In this document: positions 1 to 13,468 of the stretch, piece after piece
How the letters are laid out: each line of letters begins with the position of its first letter
How positions within the stretch are numbered: position 1 is the first letter of the stretch
Assembly (NCBI GenBank): GCA_013239625.1
Contig: MU056573.1
Span: 6,418,552-6,482,551, forward strand
From: Lama guanicoe
Taxonomy: Eukaryota
Direction: 5' to 3'
DNA length: 64,000 nt
Translations under genes and position numbers: made by a program
The notes under the pieces: model-generated
Told to the model about the DNA's origin: nothing
What the model saw: only the letters and a program-made list of their open reading frames with translations
Databases searched by the model: none

Positions 1-3000
1 TTATGAGTTCCAGCAAGCTCAGCAAATACCGTATTTATCGTGTTCTACCTCTCCATGGTTCTGATAGCATGTATCAGTGGTATTGTAGGGTCTTCTAACC
101 TGGCATAAAACAGGAAGATGCAGTTATAAATAATCACATAGCAAGTTCAAGTCTCTTCCCAGAAACTGATATCTGACAGTTAGAGGATTGGTATGAAACT
201 TGGTTCCCAGCAACAGTACCAGACACATGAGCAGGCAGGGTGTCATGGCTAAGTTTTCCAGTAACTCCAAAAATACCCACTCTTACCTCTTGCCCCACAT
301 AGTTACACAAACATCAGCCTCCATCCTTATCACACTTCTAATCCTGTCCAAACTCTAAGTCTTCTGGGAATAACCTAATATTTTAGGCAAATGGCTAGGA
401 GTTTGAGTTCCTAAGAGCCTCCTTCTGGAAATGGTACTATTTCAGACGGCTTTAAAAGAGCTTTCCGTCTCCTCCTGCTCTGGAGGGTAATGTGGAGGCA
501 AAAGTTTGGTTACAGTAGATTATGTATGCATTTTATATATTGCATATTATGTATGCATTTATTCAAAAAGTATTTATCCTGACAGAGTCTATCATGCTCA
601 GTGTTGGGGTTATAGTGGAGCAAAAATAACCACTAGTGAATGACTTGTAAATAACTAGTCTTAGTGCCTAGTTATATTCCAATACAGTAATTTAAATTAG
701 AGTGGTTAAGGATAAAGTGGTGGTGATCACTGGGTACTATGCAAGGTTATAGAATGGTCACCTAATAAAGCTTTGGAGACTTCCTGGAGGAAGTGGTGTC
801 TAACTGATAAACTGAAGAAGCTACATATATAAGAAAGAGGCAGGGAGAGAAATCAAAAAAAAGGGAGAAGTTCTGAAGGCCCAGAAAGAGCAGAATACTG
901 GAGTCCAGTGTCAACACTATATTATAAACACTTGCTGATTATCTGAATGTTATGGTAGATTCTAATCACTCTCTGGTATGTTGCATAAGGAAGCAAGGGC
1001 TTTGGTTTTTACTCAACTTTTTATATTGCCACTATTTTTTTTTTGGCAGGGCGGAACTCTGGCCATCACTTCACCTTTTAGAATATAAATTTTCTCATTT
1101 GTCAAATGGAGCTAAGTCCTGCCCTCGAAGGACTTTGCAGGAATCCAATGACACAGTGTGTGGGAAAGCACTCTGCAATCTCTACAATGCAAAGGATTAT
1201 TATTCTAATTCCTGCCACCACCCAGGCCACTCCCTGTTTCCACCCACCATTGCCCATCCAGATTTGCTCAGCAAGTGCAAGCTAATTTTAATGTCATCTG
1301 CTGCCAATAAATCAAATATGGTGATCAAGAGCCAAAAGACCAGATTTTAGATTCTCCCAGCCTACACAACACCAGAGCCCATGCTGCAGTAAGAGGTAAC
1401 AGTAAGACGACCATCAGAGAAATATGCCAAGCTGGGCAATCTGTATGTAATTCCTTATGTTTTTCTTGCTCATTTGACAAATGTGGAAACCAGTGGGGAA
1501 GAGTCCCATGAATGTTGCCCATTTAGAGCGATGCTAAGAGCATCTGGTTTGTGGACGAACTGTGCATTTCCATCCTCTCCTGCTTCAAAAGCCAAGGGGT
1601 CCCTTCTGCTTCAGGAACTTCTCGAGTCCTCCAGAAACCAGTGCAGGGACAGGGAATTGCAATCTGGAAGCAGTTTAGCTTTCCCTGTTTTCACCCAGTG
1701 AAGCTGTGTCCCAATCTCTCCCTGCTTCCGGGCTTACTGTAACTGCATATTCCAAACCTCTGTGGTTTGGGGGGCTAATGGCCTCCCAGACAAAGTTAAT
1801 CAGTTGGATGAGCATTAAGCTCCCAGCTTTAGAATGAGCTCTCTCTCAAGTTATACATGCCCAGTGAACTTGTTACTTGTATTCCTCCCATTACAGTCAT
1901 TCCTTAGGAGAAGTTCAGCAGCGATCCCTGTAAAAGAAAGGTCTTTGTAACTCACAAGGGTGGAAAAACCAAACCTGTCATTTGGGGAAGGAACTCATTT
2001 ATGCCCATGGAGAGGAAAGGCAATAGAATACATCCATGACCTAGTTTTAAGTTGCATTTAAAATGAACTTTAACATTTCACTTCATTATTATTCTTGTTT
2101 TGTTTTTGTCTATTTTTTTATTGTTATTATTCTATCATGAGGTCACACTTAACGTGTTTGCAAAAATTTCTTTCTCTATAATATCTCCCATGATTTTGAA
2201 AATGTGGGCAGGCAATCTGGTGTAGTTCAAAAAAAAAACAAAAGAGTACTGTCTTAGTGGCAAAATGATCAGAGATCCAGCCCCAGCTCTATCCCTCCCT
2301 CGTATTGAGGGTCCTAGCAGGTCACTAAACTTCTCGGGGCCGCAGCTGCCTCCTCTGTGACACAGACGTGTTAGGAGTCCTTTTTTCCTTCAGGATCAAC
2401 TGGAGCGAGAATGACAGCCGCAAGAAAAATGTGGAAGTGACTTGAAGATCACAATCTCCGACTCAGTCTCCCACAGCCCAAACATTTTCAGGGCTGGGAG
2501 TGCGGCAGGAATTACTGCTGGTCCAGTGAAGAAGCTCCAGGATGGGCTCTTAGAGTAATGGGGGAAAATATGCTGAAATTATTAAAAATTACCAGTTGAC
2601 AAAAATCTGCTTCTCTGATGTTAGGAGTCTGGTGTACGCTGCAGCCACGTGAGGCCTAGAGGGAGCCTGTACTGCGGCCCATTCGTGACCAGTTTTCTTC
2701 TGAGAGTTTCAGAGCACCACCCCCCGTGCACACACAGGCACGCGTACACACACACGCACACACACATCCATACTGTCTTCTACTAGGGAGGAAATGGAGT
2801 CCCTTTCACATATTAATAGATTGATCTTCAAAGCTCACCCATTTAAACATTACCAATCAATAATGTGATGTTTAAGTGAGAAATCCCAATAAACAAGTTG
2901 AGAAGACTAGCGAACAGGCCATTCCTGCAGAACACCTTTGGACACTATAACTGGAGCTGTGCGTGACCCATGGTGATCGTCCAGTCCTCCCAGGGTCGAG

Positions 3001-4069
3001 AGATGGCCCTGACATAGAGTCATCTTCCTAATGGAACTCAGACGCTCTGGAAATTACAAACATACAGATGGGCAAAGGCCTTGAGGGCAAGGTCTGTGTC
3101 TTAATTCACCTTTGTAGTCACAGCTACTCACACAGGGTCGGCATCCAGTTAAGTGTGTGGTGAACGTATCAATAAATGAGTGACTGGAGAAGGGAAAGAG
3201 TTCTGGACTGGAAGTCAGATGTGGATTCCAGTCCACACTCTATCATCAGCTGTGTGAGCAGAGGGAAGTCATTCCAAAACTCTGTCCCTCACATGTGAGG
3301 TGAGAAGTTTGGATAAATCAGCCGCCCACGATCAATGAAGCGCAGCAAACTGGCTGATCTCTCCTGGGTGGGCGTGAGGTGAGTCTAGCCAAAACTGATG
3401 TGCCAGGCAGCAGCCAGGAATGCAGTCTGAGTGCCGACCAGGCGCCCAGAACTGAACTGGTAACAGTCCCTTCCATGATCAGTATCTCAGGAAGTCTTGC
3501 GAAGAGGGGAGCTGAAATGACCAGAAAATGAATGTATTCGAGAAAGATACTGGCTTCAGCCAGTCGCTCTGCTGGTTGCAGGATGAGCTGTCAACTCTGA
3601 GAATGCAAAAGGGTTCTTCAAAGTCTTCTCGCATGGCTGAGGAAGATAAAAGGGAGAACTCTAGAGAGCAGACATCGCTCTGGATGCCCGTGTTTGTGTA
3701 ATGGAGCAAATGTCCCCAGTACGCGTTTGTTGGATTTTAATATTCATGCCGTTATGATTTTATATTATAACATGCTATATCTTCCTTGTAATACTTGCAT
3801 TCTGCAATCAAATTTATTATTATTCAAAAATACTACAGGAATAGCTACCATGAACACAGGGCTTTCCACTTTACTAAATATTTTCATATCCACGTAAAAG
3901 GCTACAGAGATGCCCACTCAGGAAAGAAAGCAGGGATAATATCTCAGTTCCATTGTGTGGAATCTTTCCTCAATTTGTCCAGAAATGTTTGACAAGTGGA
4001 AATCTAAAAGATGCCAAGGGCCACATGCCCCTGATGGGCCACATACAGGTTTAACTGGAGTATTCTATG

Positions 4070-4292
4070 ACTGTGTGGTTAATGGAAAGAACACAAGTTA
4101 TGAAGGCTTGGGTTCAAATCTGAACCCTGCCTGCAAAGAGCTGCATGACTTTGGGCAGGTGACTGAATTTTTGTTACGGGCAGCAGTTTCACGATCTTGA
4201 AAAGGTGTGAAATAGTTTTCCCCATAGATTCAGTGTGAGGCTATAAAAGACTGGAAGTACCTAGCACACAGTAGGCATTTCATAAATGTTAA
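4070..4292 (+). mobile_element. MIR SINE
   Basis: tgggttcaaatc...tgactttgggcaggtgact...gcacacagtaggca...taaatgtt. Confidence 0.7.
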
Positions 4293-4407
4293 CCCTCCTC
4301 TTTTCTCCAGAAAGCTCTTCCCTTCAGTGGTCTACTCTGTCCTTCATCACTGAATCATGCAAGTGAAATGTACAAGTCAGGCAAGCTGCTGCTTCTCTTA
4401 ATTCCAC

Positions 4408-4527
4408 TTACCAAAATGTGTGCATTTATCAAAATTCATCAAAATGTACAGCTGAAATATGTGTAGTTTGCTGTGCAGGAACCATTCTACAATAAAGGTG
4501 TTAAATTTTTTTAAAAATTAAAAAAAG
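4408..4527 (+). mobile_element. L1M 3' terminal fragment
   Basis: gcatttatcaaaattcatcaaaatgtaca...caataaag followed by an A-rich tail. Confidence 0.6.
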
Positions 4528-7211
4528 AAAGTGTCCTCATCCCCCACAGATATACTTCTGCTACATTCAAAATTTTATGAAGAGCCCCTCTCACCTGATC
4601 AGACTGCAGTGACTAAGGGAGAACCATCTTAAGATTGAGAACAGAAGGCAGCATGAGAACAGGAGTAGATTCGTATATTGTTCTGTGGATGGACTTAATA
4701 GGATACCAACTTAATATGGTGTCATAGGATTTACCATTCTTTTTTGTATTTGCTCTGTTATCCCCCATCTGAGGAATTTATGCTAAGAAGCACACTTTGG
4801 AATGATACCTAAACTCACTGACAAATGAGTAACACAGCTTTTGGCAGCCTTTCCCACATGATGGAGTAGATAATAGAAGGACAGCCCTGTTATTATCAGG
4901 TGAAGTCTAAGGAAGGCAACCGTAATGGACTAATCACCTGGATCACTGAACCCTCCTACTCAAAAGATCCTGCAGTGACTATTATAATGAAGTGGCCTTT
5001 GGGATAAATGCATCAGAAAGTGAAGGCGAGGTTACAACATTCTTATGGGAATCTCTTTTCATTCTTGTTGCTTGGATAAATTATAAAAATGAAGCAATAC
5101 CACCATTTCACTTGTCCTGGTTTGTGAAAGCGTTTGAGAATTGCTTTTTAAAATTTGTTTCTTTGTTTCGTTTGTCTGGTAGAGATACAGTATTGAGAGA
5201 TGAATGTAGGCTGACAAATTCAAAAAGGCTTAAAACGATACTTTCATTTTGTGGCACAATAAGATACTTAGAAGAGGACTGAAAACGGGAAAGGCCCAAA
5301 ATGAAACCTAGGAATACAAACATCCATTCATGACACGGGAACAGTAAGGATATTAGGTAATAACGGGCTTTCCATCCCTACGGATCTTACACAAGATCTC
5401 TGTAGAGGAAGGGAATGAAACAACTGTGGGAACCCTGAGAAATTCAGTCCTGTTTCCCCAGACCCTGAATCAGAATCTGTGTGAGTCCATCTAACATGCA
5501 GTGAGTGGTGATACGGTTAATGGATGTATAACAGGAAGAGAGACAAGGGAAGAAGAAAGAGTCAAATGCCCATATATGACAACTCAGAGCCAAAACTGAA
5601 GAACCTCTACAAAACCAACCAACCTTGAAATGACTAAACCAAGTTCTAGCCTAGCAGCATGAAATATGACAGTCTCCAGGGAGGCAAATATTTCTGCACG
5701 CATTTGGCGTCATTGGGTATCAGTGTCTGGAAGTGTCGCCTCAGAAGTAGGAGTCTAACTTCTGATCAAAGAAGTTATAAGGAACCGTCATGCACATCAT
5801 GTACACTCCAAGGAATCCTGTGCAAAACTCAAGAAGATACTCACATGAATAAGAACTCTATGAGTTATTGAGGGCCTATTATGAGCAGTAAAATATTCGT
5901 TGATGCAACAAATACATGTCAGCCATTCTTCTAAGTCCATGACAGTGAACCAAAGTGACAAAAATTCCTGCCCTCATGGAGCTATTTAACATCTACACAG
6001 TCCTAACAACAGCCATAGAAGGTTATCTCTGCAGATGAGGAAACTAAGATTTTTTAAAAAAATTTGAGTAACTTGTCTAAGGGCACAGAGCTAGTAACCA
6101 ACAGGGCAGAATTCAAATCCAGTCCTGGGCAGCTCCAAAGCCTGAGTTTTTACCTACTTTGCTACACTGTCTCTTATGAGCAACAGAAAAAGGCTTCTAA
6201 TGAAGGTCAGCACATCTGCTGCAACTCAGATGCATATTCTCCATAGAAGAATACTCAATTCTTGTTTGTGGTAAACAGATTACAGCCTACCAAGGAGGCA
6301 GCAACTCGGGCCCACCAATGGGCAGGCTCTTATTCATCCAAAATGTATTAATCAGGTCTGTGTCAAACCTTAGACCAGCTCCTGGGGATATAAGACACAG
6401 CCTTGGCTTTCAAGGAGTCTAGTGGGAAAGAAAAGCACACAAAGGGATCATCATAACATAGCACGATGAGGCTGAGATAAAGTCAAGCCCAGGATGCTCC
6501 GGAGAGTGCAGAAAAGAGGTCAGCCCAGCCTGAGGGGGAGGAATGTTGAGCCCTCGGTTGAGTCTTCACCAGATGCAGTCAGCTCGGTGCAGAAAGGGGA
6601 GGTGGAGTGAGAAAGCCCGAAAGTGCTTTGAGTAGAGACAGAAACTGACACGTGCAGGGAAGTGAAAGACAGCGCGGCGCTCGAGAAATGGCAAGTATTT
6701 CAGCGGGCGGGGTGGAGGGTGAGAGGGATGCTTCTGAAAATTGGCCGCACTGTGTTTGAGCAAACGTGCGGGTTTGTGGGGAGGTGCTGCAGTCAGGACA
6801 GAAACTGGTGAACGTGCAGAGAGATCCAACAATGAGTTGTGACATCTACTAAAAAGGGTCTTGGTCAGTATTTATTTAAAACAGCAAAAGGCTAGACTAG
6901 AACAGAAAATACCTGTAACACATGTAGTAAGACACTGTTTTACAAAACACACACATATGTGGGGATGATGTAACTGTATGTTTCACAGTGGAGTCAGGAT
7001 CCAAAAAGGTCTAAACCACCCATCTAGTCTGTCTCTTCCAAGAGGCAGACTGTCCCCCTTTGGAGCTATTCAGCAGGCTCCCTTGTGGGACCTACTGTCT
7101 TATCCATTCCTGTCAGGAGACAAAGAGAGGCTGCTTGGCACAAACCTGTCCCAGTTTCTTAAATACTTTCCATACTCCAAAGTCCATGATCTAATTCTAA
7201 ATCTCAAGTGC

Positions 7212-7440
7212 TCATACAGATAAACTCCAATGACCAGGGCTATTTCTGAAAAGCAATTAATATTTCCATTTTGAAGAAGTGAGAAAAAAAAATATGCACA
7301 CAATATGAAGCTTCAACTGACTCCAATCATACAGATAACTCCAATGACCAGGGCTATTTCTGAAAAGCAATTAATATTTCCATTTTGAAGAAGTGAGAAA
7401 AAAAAATATGCACACAATATGAAGCTTCAACTGACTCCAA
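7212..7440. repeat. Tandem duplication, 115 + 114 bp
   Basis: 7212-7326 and 7327-7440 are identical except for a 1-nt indel (gataaact/gataact). Confidence 0.97.
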
Positions 7441-8782
7441 GAAAGTCTGGGGCCAGTAAAAGGTTCTCTGACCCAGCTGTGTTTTCCACCAAATGAATCA
7501 CCCAGGTACGGAGCCAGTGCATTTGAGTCACGAAGCACACCCTGTGTCATATCTTTGTATTCTTTTCCTTTACACAGGGATTTTCCCTAAAAGTTTTGTG
7601 CATTTTATTCCTGACTTTCTTTTCAAATTTAATCAATTTCTTGCCAGTTTCTCTGCTCTTTGATTTTTCCTTTACTGTGTTTAATCTTTTTTTCCCCTCT
7701 CCTCTTCGGTCTGATCATTCTGAATTAATAAAAAGGTTCATATGCAAAGAAAACTCATATAAAATATAGCTTAAAAAAAAGAAAGAACTTAATATGCTAT
7801 TGTTTCTTTCTTTTAAATATATTTCAATATGTAAATTTGTTTAAATAAATTTAAATATTTAAATTTATTTTTGTGTTTGCAAAAGCACGAGAGTTAAAGA
7901 GAAAGTTAACAGAAGTAGTTTAGTAAATACCTCTTAACTAAATTATCCAGCTAATTTAGGCTAGTAAGATAGTAGAGATTTGATAGAAGCAAGTCAAAAG
8001 TCCACTTTGGGCCTAAATTAATTAGAGTGCTGGCCAGTATCAGTAGAGTTAACCAGAACTTGTGTTTTGTGGGTCAGCACACACATTGGTTTATGAATCA
8101 ACAATCAGAAGTCAGTGTTGGAAATGACTGATGATCTCTCGAGACCTAGTGATTTATCCTCTAAGAATACACTGCTCTTCTCTGAGATATAAAAATACCA
8201 ATTCTTATTGGGAGCAGCATTTGGAGAATGACAGAATTTTTGAACTTGCAAACAATCTTTGAGATTAGCTGGCCCAGAGTTTCTCAATCAGTCTTATAAG
8301 GTTAAGAACATAGAAATACCAGCTACCTCACCCTCATGCATATTCAGATAGCCCTTTTGTTGGGACCCTATGCTGTTTGTATCTCTATTGGCTAAGAGGA
8401 GTTTGTGAAGCTTTATTTTCTGTAGTTTTTGAAGATATTTTTCTTTTCTCAGTGAAAAATGCAAAGCTGAACATGCTGGATTAAATATGTACAGAACTCG
8501 GCACACACTAATGTAGTCTAATTCTCCATTTTATGGCCTGGGAGAATGAATCCCAGGGATGACAGATAATTTTACCCCAGGCTCGATCCTTCAATGCCCT
8601 GGTGGAGTATGTGCAAAGCACCTAACACGTGCCCAGTAAGTATTCAATTCAACCACTTTTAAAACGGCCGTAAAGGAAAAGAGTGAGTAAGGAATTGAAT
8701 GACAAGAAATCACGCACAATCCCACGGCTAACATTTGCTGGAGAGGGTGATGTTCCAGGGGACTTCAGAAATTTGTCCTTAA

Positions 8783-9223
8783 AANNNNNNNNNNNNNNNN
8801 NNNNNNNNNNNNNNNNNNNNNNNNNNNNNNNNNNNNNNNNNNNNNNNNNNNNNNNNNNNNNNNNNNNNNNNNNNNNNNNNNNNNNNNNNNNNNNNNNNNN
8901 NNNNNNNNNNNNNNNNNNNNNNNNNNNNCAAAACAGAAACAGACTCACAGACATAGAAAACAAACTTATGGTTACCAGAGGGGAAGGGAGTGGGAAGGGA
9001 CAAATTGGGAACTCAAGATTTGCAAATACTAACTACTACATATAAAACAGATAAACAACAAGTTTATACTGTATAGCACAGGGAACCATATTCAGTATCT
9101 TGCAGTAACCTATAATGAAAAGAATATGAAAGTGAGTATATGTGTGTATGTGTATCATTGAACTATTATGCTGTACACGAAGTTGACACAACATTGTAAA
9201 CCGACTATACTTCAGTTAAAAAA
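8783..9223 (+). mobile_element. 5'-truncated L1 (artiodactyl-type 3' UTR) spanning an assembly gap
   Basis: Typical 3' UTR text (acagactcacagacatagaaaacaaacttatggttacc...ctgtatagcacagggaac) ending in an A-tail. Perfect 14-bp TSD aaatttgtccttaa at 8769-8782 and 9224-9237. Confidence 0.9.
8785..8928. other. Assembly gap (144 N)
   Basis: N run. Confidence 1.
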
Positions 9224-10837
9224 AAATTTGTCCTTAAGTTCTGTTACATTTTAGTCACTCTGCCAAGAGTCCTGTGGCAAACAGCCCCTGCGGCACATGA
9301 GGGGACACTTGTCCAAACAAGTGGCGTAAAAACAAAGCTGCTTTGTTTAGAGCGCCTCTCTCTCTCCCTGACTAACCTCGAGGACCTCAAAAAAAGGTCA
9401 TTTTGTGAAGTTCTGGTGTGTACATGAGTAAACCTGAATCATCGTATGTCACAATTGGAACCATTAAGCCAAATGCCATGGACCAGGTTACCACGTCATC
9501 CCCAGTTGGGTTCTTATGGTGGGTCTGGGCTGTGAGGTCACACAGACACTCCCCCTGGGTTTGTTCTTTATCTTACCCCCAGGGAGCTCGGGCCCATTGC
9601 AAACATCTATACCTCAAGCCACTGGAAAAATATCTTGAATTCACTCAAATTGACTTAGAAAGAAAGCAACAGAAGTATTTATGGTACTTTTAAAATTATA
9701 TAGAATTAGAGTGTCTAGGGGAGTCTCAGGCACAGATCACCTAGAGGGGTAGAAGGAAGGGGGAGGAGATTACCTGTGTAATTTGGACACAAAACAATGA
9801 GGAGAAAAGGGTGTGTTTTATATGGGGCAGGTATATGAAAAATGTATGTTCATTGATTACAGCAATCAAAATTATGGAATACTTACTCAGCTTTCCAGCT
9901 CATTCCACTGAACAAGTGTGCCTACCATTCACTGAACAGCTACAGCTTGGCAGGTACGCACTTGTTACTTTCTGTGCATTGTTCTGTCACTCTTACAACC
10001 ACCACACAAAGCCAGTTTTATGAACCTTACCTTTCAAACCACAAGTAGTCAAGCTGTGATTTGTATCCTTGGTATCTGTCTCCAAATCTTTTAACTTGAC
10101 CTTCAAAAGCTCTGAATTCTAAATTCTCATTTTCCCTTTCAGTAGCGACGTAACCTGGGGCTAGTTACGTAACCTCTCTCCAACTCATTTTCTTTATCTT
10201 CAAAATAGGGTTAATGATAAGTCTCTGCCTAAGAATTTGTTACCCATGAAACAGACAAAATAAAGCCCTTGGCTGGCACAGAGTAAGCTCCCAACCAGTT
10301 GTTGGCTTGTGCCACCGCTGTCATGATAGCATATTATCAATACACCTGCAAATAACCTGGATAGTTAAAATGCTCAGACGTTGAGACTAAAATTTTCTTA
10401 TTGACCCTAATTACCCGGGAATTTTTTGTGAAGATCAAATCTCAGTTCATAATTACATGGTGGGAAAGGACCAGGTTGTTGCCAGCCCTTAGGGTCCATG
10501 GGACTCAGCTTGTGTCACATGCATCAACGCATTTGACTTCAAGAGAAATTGTCTTCTTGCAAAAACCAACAACCATAAACTCTTCTCTGGAACAGGCTGG
10601 TGGCTATGAAAAGAGGGAAATTTAAACAAAACCCCGTCAATTCGGTAATCACCTCCAATGAATCAGTCCATCATTTTGACAGCATGGGAGAGCAGAAACC
10701 AGTCTCAACAGAACTGAAAACAGAACGCATGTGTTTTCTGAGTAAAATGTGCAGCATGATGCAGTGCACGATGACACTAATACGCACAGTAGCTGGGTCT
10801 GGCAAGCCTGCTCCCTGAGTTCCTGTTATAATGGACA

Positions 10838-11088
10838 TGTTTAAAGAGCCTAGATTCTGGAGTCAGACTTCCTGGAGTCAACTCTTGGCTTCTCCACTTG
10901 TTAGCTTCCTGATATTAGAAACATTATTTAATCTCCTTAAAGCTCATTTTTCTTACCTGTAATACAGACCGTATAAGGATATGGACCTCACTGTGTTGTT
11001 TTAAAGATTAAGGAAGATACTGCACATAAAAGAAGCACTTTGCCCTGATCTTGAAAACACAGGAAGTGCTCAGTAGATGTTAGCTATT
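10838..11088 (+). mobile_element. MIR SINE, near full length
   Basis: tctggagtcagacttcctgg...ccacttgttagct...tttcttacctgtaa...aagtgctcagtagatgttagctatt. Confidence 0.85.
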
Positions 11089-11929
11089 CCTATCTGTTGC
11101 CAATCTAAAGCTTTCTGTGTCAAGTAAAGAGTCTGTGTACCCCTTCTCCATTCATGAGATCTTGGCAGTGGGGAACGCTAATAATGATTGCTCTGGTAAA
11201 GGGGGTGCCCTCGTCACTGATAGAAACCTGGCAAGCTGTGAGGTGCTGTGGGACCGAGCATCCAGACTGGCCTTTTAGGGATAAGGGTCAAACTCAGCCA
11301 GGCAATTTCCGCCACCAGCCTGGTGGGCTGCTGTGGTTTACCTTACATTCTATACACCTTCTCTCATGGAGGACATGGCTCCTCCCTCTGAGCAGGGACA
11401 TGAAGGGTAGTGGGGTCGGGGAAGGGCTCCTTGTGGCCAAGGCTCCAAAGCAGCTTCTTGCAAGTTTACTAAGGGCTAGGATGCTAGTGGGAGAGTCCAG
11501 TAGATTTTATTACTCTTGGCATTGGAAATTACCCCTGGTTCTAAATTAAGCATCAATTAAGTCAGGCCACTCAAGTCTGACTGCTGAATAATGTAGAAGA
11601 CCCACTTGGCCTTGGTGCTTGATTCACTTTTTATTCATGATTTCAAATCTCAAATGAACTCCCAAAACGGCCTGGAAGTCCTACTGAGTACTTGACTGTC
11701 TGCGACACTATGTTTTACCATTTCCCTTCTCAAACCTCCCCGCTGCGTCCCCCTCCACAGTTTAAACCATCAGATGAGCTAGAACTCTCTAAGTTCTGAT
11801 TGACTATGTGTACAAACCTATCTCATGGACTAAATGAGTCGATACATGAAAATTACTTAGACTATTACCTGGCACATAGTAAACTCGCGAAGTATGAGCT
11901 ACAATGATGATGATGATTTCCTGTACCTA

Positions 11930-13468
11930 AACCCATTCCCTCCTCTTCCCTCTTTCACCCAAAGAGGTGTCCCTGCTCCAGCCAGAAGGCAAACCCTCGA
12001 GCTGCTTTCCGGATCCCACTGCCCTTTATCTGCTTTGGGATCCTTCCTTTGATTAGTTCCTTTCTCTTTCCATCACTAACCTCTCCTTGTCTCTGAATTG
12101 TTTTTTCAGCAGTGTACAAATGTGCTTTGCCACCCTCAAGTGTTCAACCCACTGTGAATCTGGCTTCTATCCTTATAAGTCCTGTAAATCTGTTCTTGTC
12201 AAGATCATCAATGACTTCCATGTTGCCCAAACCAACGGCCACTTCTCCAACCTCAACCCACATCAACACAACTAGTGGCCCCTTCTTTCTCCAAATACTC
12301 TCCTCTTTCAGGTTCTGAGGGACCACACTCTCCAGGGTTTCCTTTTACCTCTCTGATCCTTCCATCTCAGTCTTCTTCCTGACTCCCTCCTTCTCGACTC
12401 AGTGCCCCAATGCTGTCATTCTCCAAGGACCTGCACATTCTCTCTACATTCTCACTTAAGCCCTCGGATTTATTCACAATTTATATGCTGAAAACATTCA
12501 ACTTTGGATCTCTAGCTAAAACTTTCCTATGTCTACATATTACTCGAGGATGCCTCACAGCACTCAAAATTAACAGCTAAAACCAAACTCTTGATTTTCT
12601 TCCCATCTTACCTTCCAAAATGTCCTCTTCTCATCTTATCCATCTTAGTCCGTGGCAACACCACCATACAGTGAAGCCTGGATTTCACTCCTGACTCTTT
12701 TCTTTCTCTTAATGTTTCAAGTTTTACCCTTCCCTTGCTAACCCATTAACAAGTCTTGTCTATCCTATCTCCAAAGTCTATTACAAATCTGTCCACTTCT
12801 TTCTATCCCTGCCTCTCTACCATCTTGGACTAAGCAAATATCACCTCTTACTTAGATTGCATCAACGTTCCTCTCACTTCCTCTTTTTTTCCAATTCAAC
12901 TGACTATATACACTGATGTTTGAGTGAACTTTAAAAAGTTATATAACATTTCCCCTTCCACTTTTTGGTGGCTTTCCAGTTCACTTGAGTATAATCCTAA
13001 CTCCTTACTCTACCCTACAAAGTCCTACAAGATCAGGTACCCACCCATCTCTAACTCCATTTTCAACCATTGTTCCCCAACTCAGTCCACTCCAGCCACA
13101 CTGGCCTTCTCTCCTCAAACACACCAAGCTCAAGACCTTGGAACATTCTGTTTCCCTGCCTGGAATAGCCCCCTTTATTCTCAGCTTTCTGGCTTCAGAC
13201 GCAATGTTACCTGCTCGGAGAGAGAGCTTCTCATTTTCCCAACTGAACAAACTGCCTTCCCCTCCCATTATTTTCTACCTCTGTGCCCTCTTCATAGCCT
13301 TCAAAGCACTTCTCAAAGTTTGTTTATTTTTCTGTTTATAGTCTGTATCCCCCTTCTGGTCCAAAAGGGGGAAGATTCATTTCTATTTTATTCACCACAA
13401 CCTAATAAAAAGCCTAATACGTAGTGGAATCTATGAAATACTTGCTCAGAAAACGAGTGAATAAATAA
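11930..13468 (+). mobile_element. L2 LINE remnant including a degenerate reverse-transcriptase fragment and the 3' tail
   Basis: ORF 12087..12275 contains ESGFYPYKSCKSVLVKIINDFHVAQTNGHFS, resembling the L2 RT motif QSGFRPxHSTETALVKVTNDL; pyrimidine-rich body; tail ending gagtgaataaataa. Confidence 0.8.

Noticed and set aside
4560-5800. Possible CR1/L3 remnant
   Set aside because: Only a vague resemblance; cannot be supported without a profile search
7212-7440. CRISPR-like or other prokaryotic repeat system
   Set aside because: Simple two-unit tandem duplication without spacers, in clearly mammalian intronic DNA
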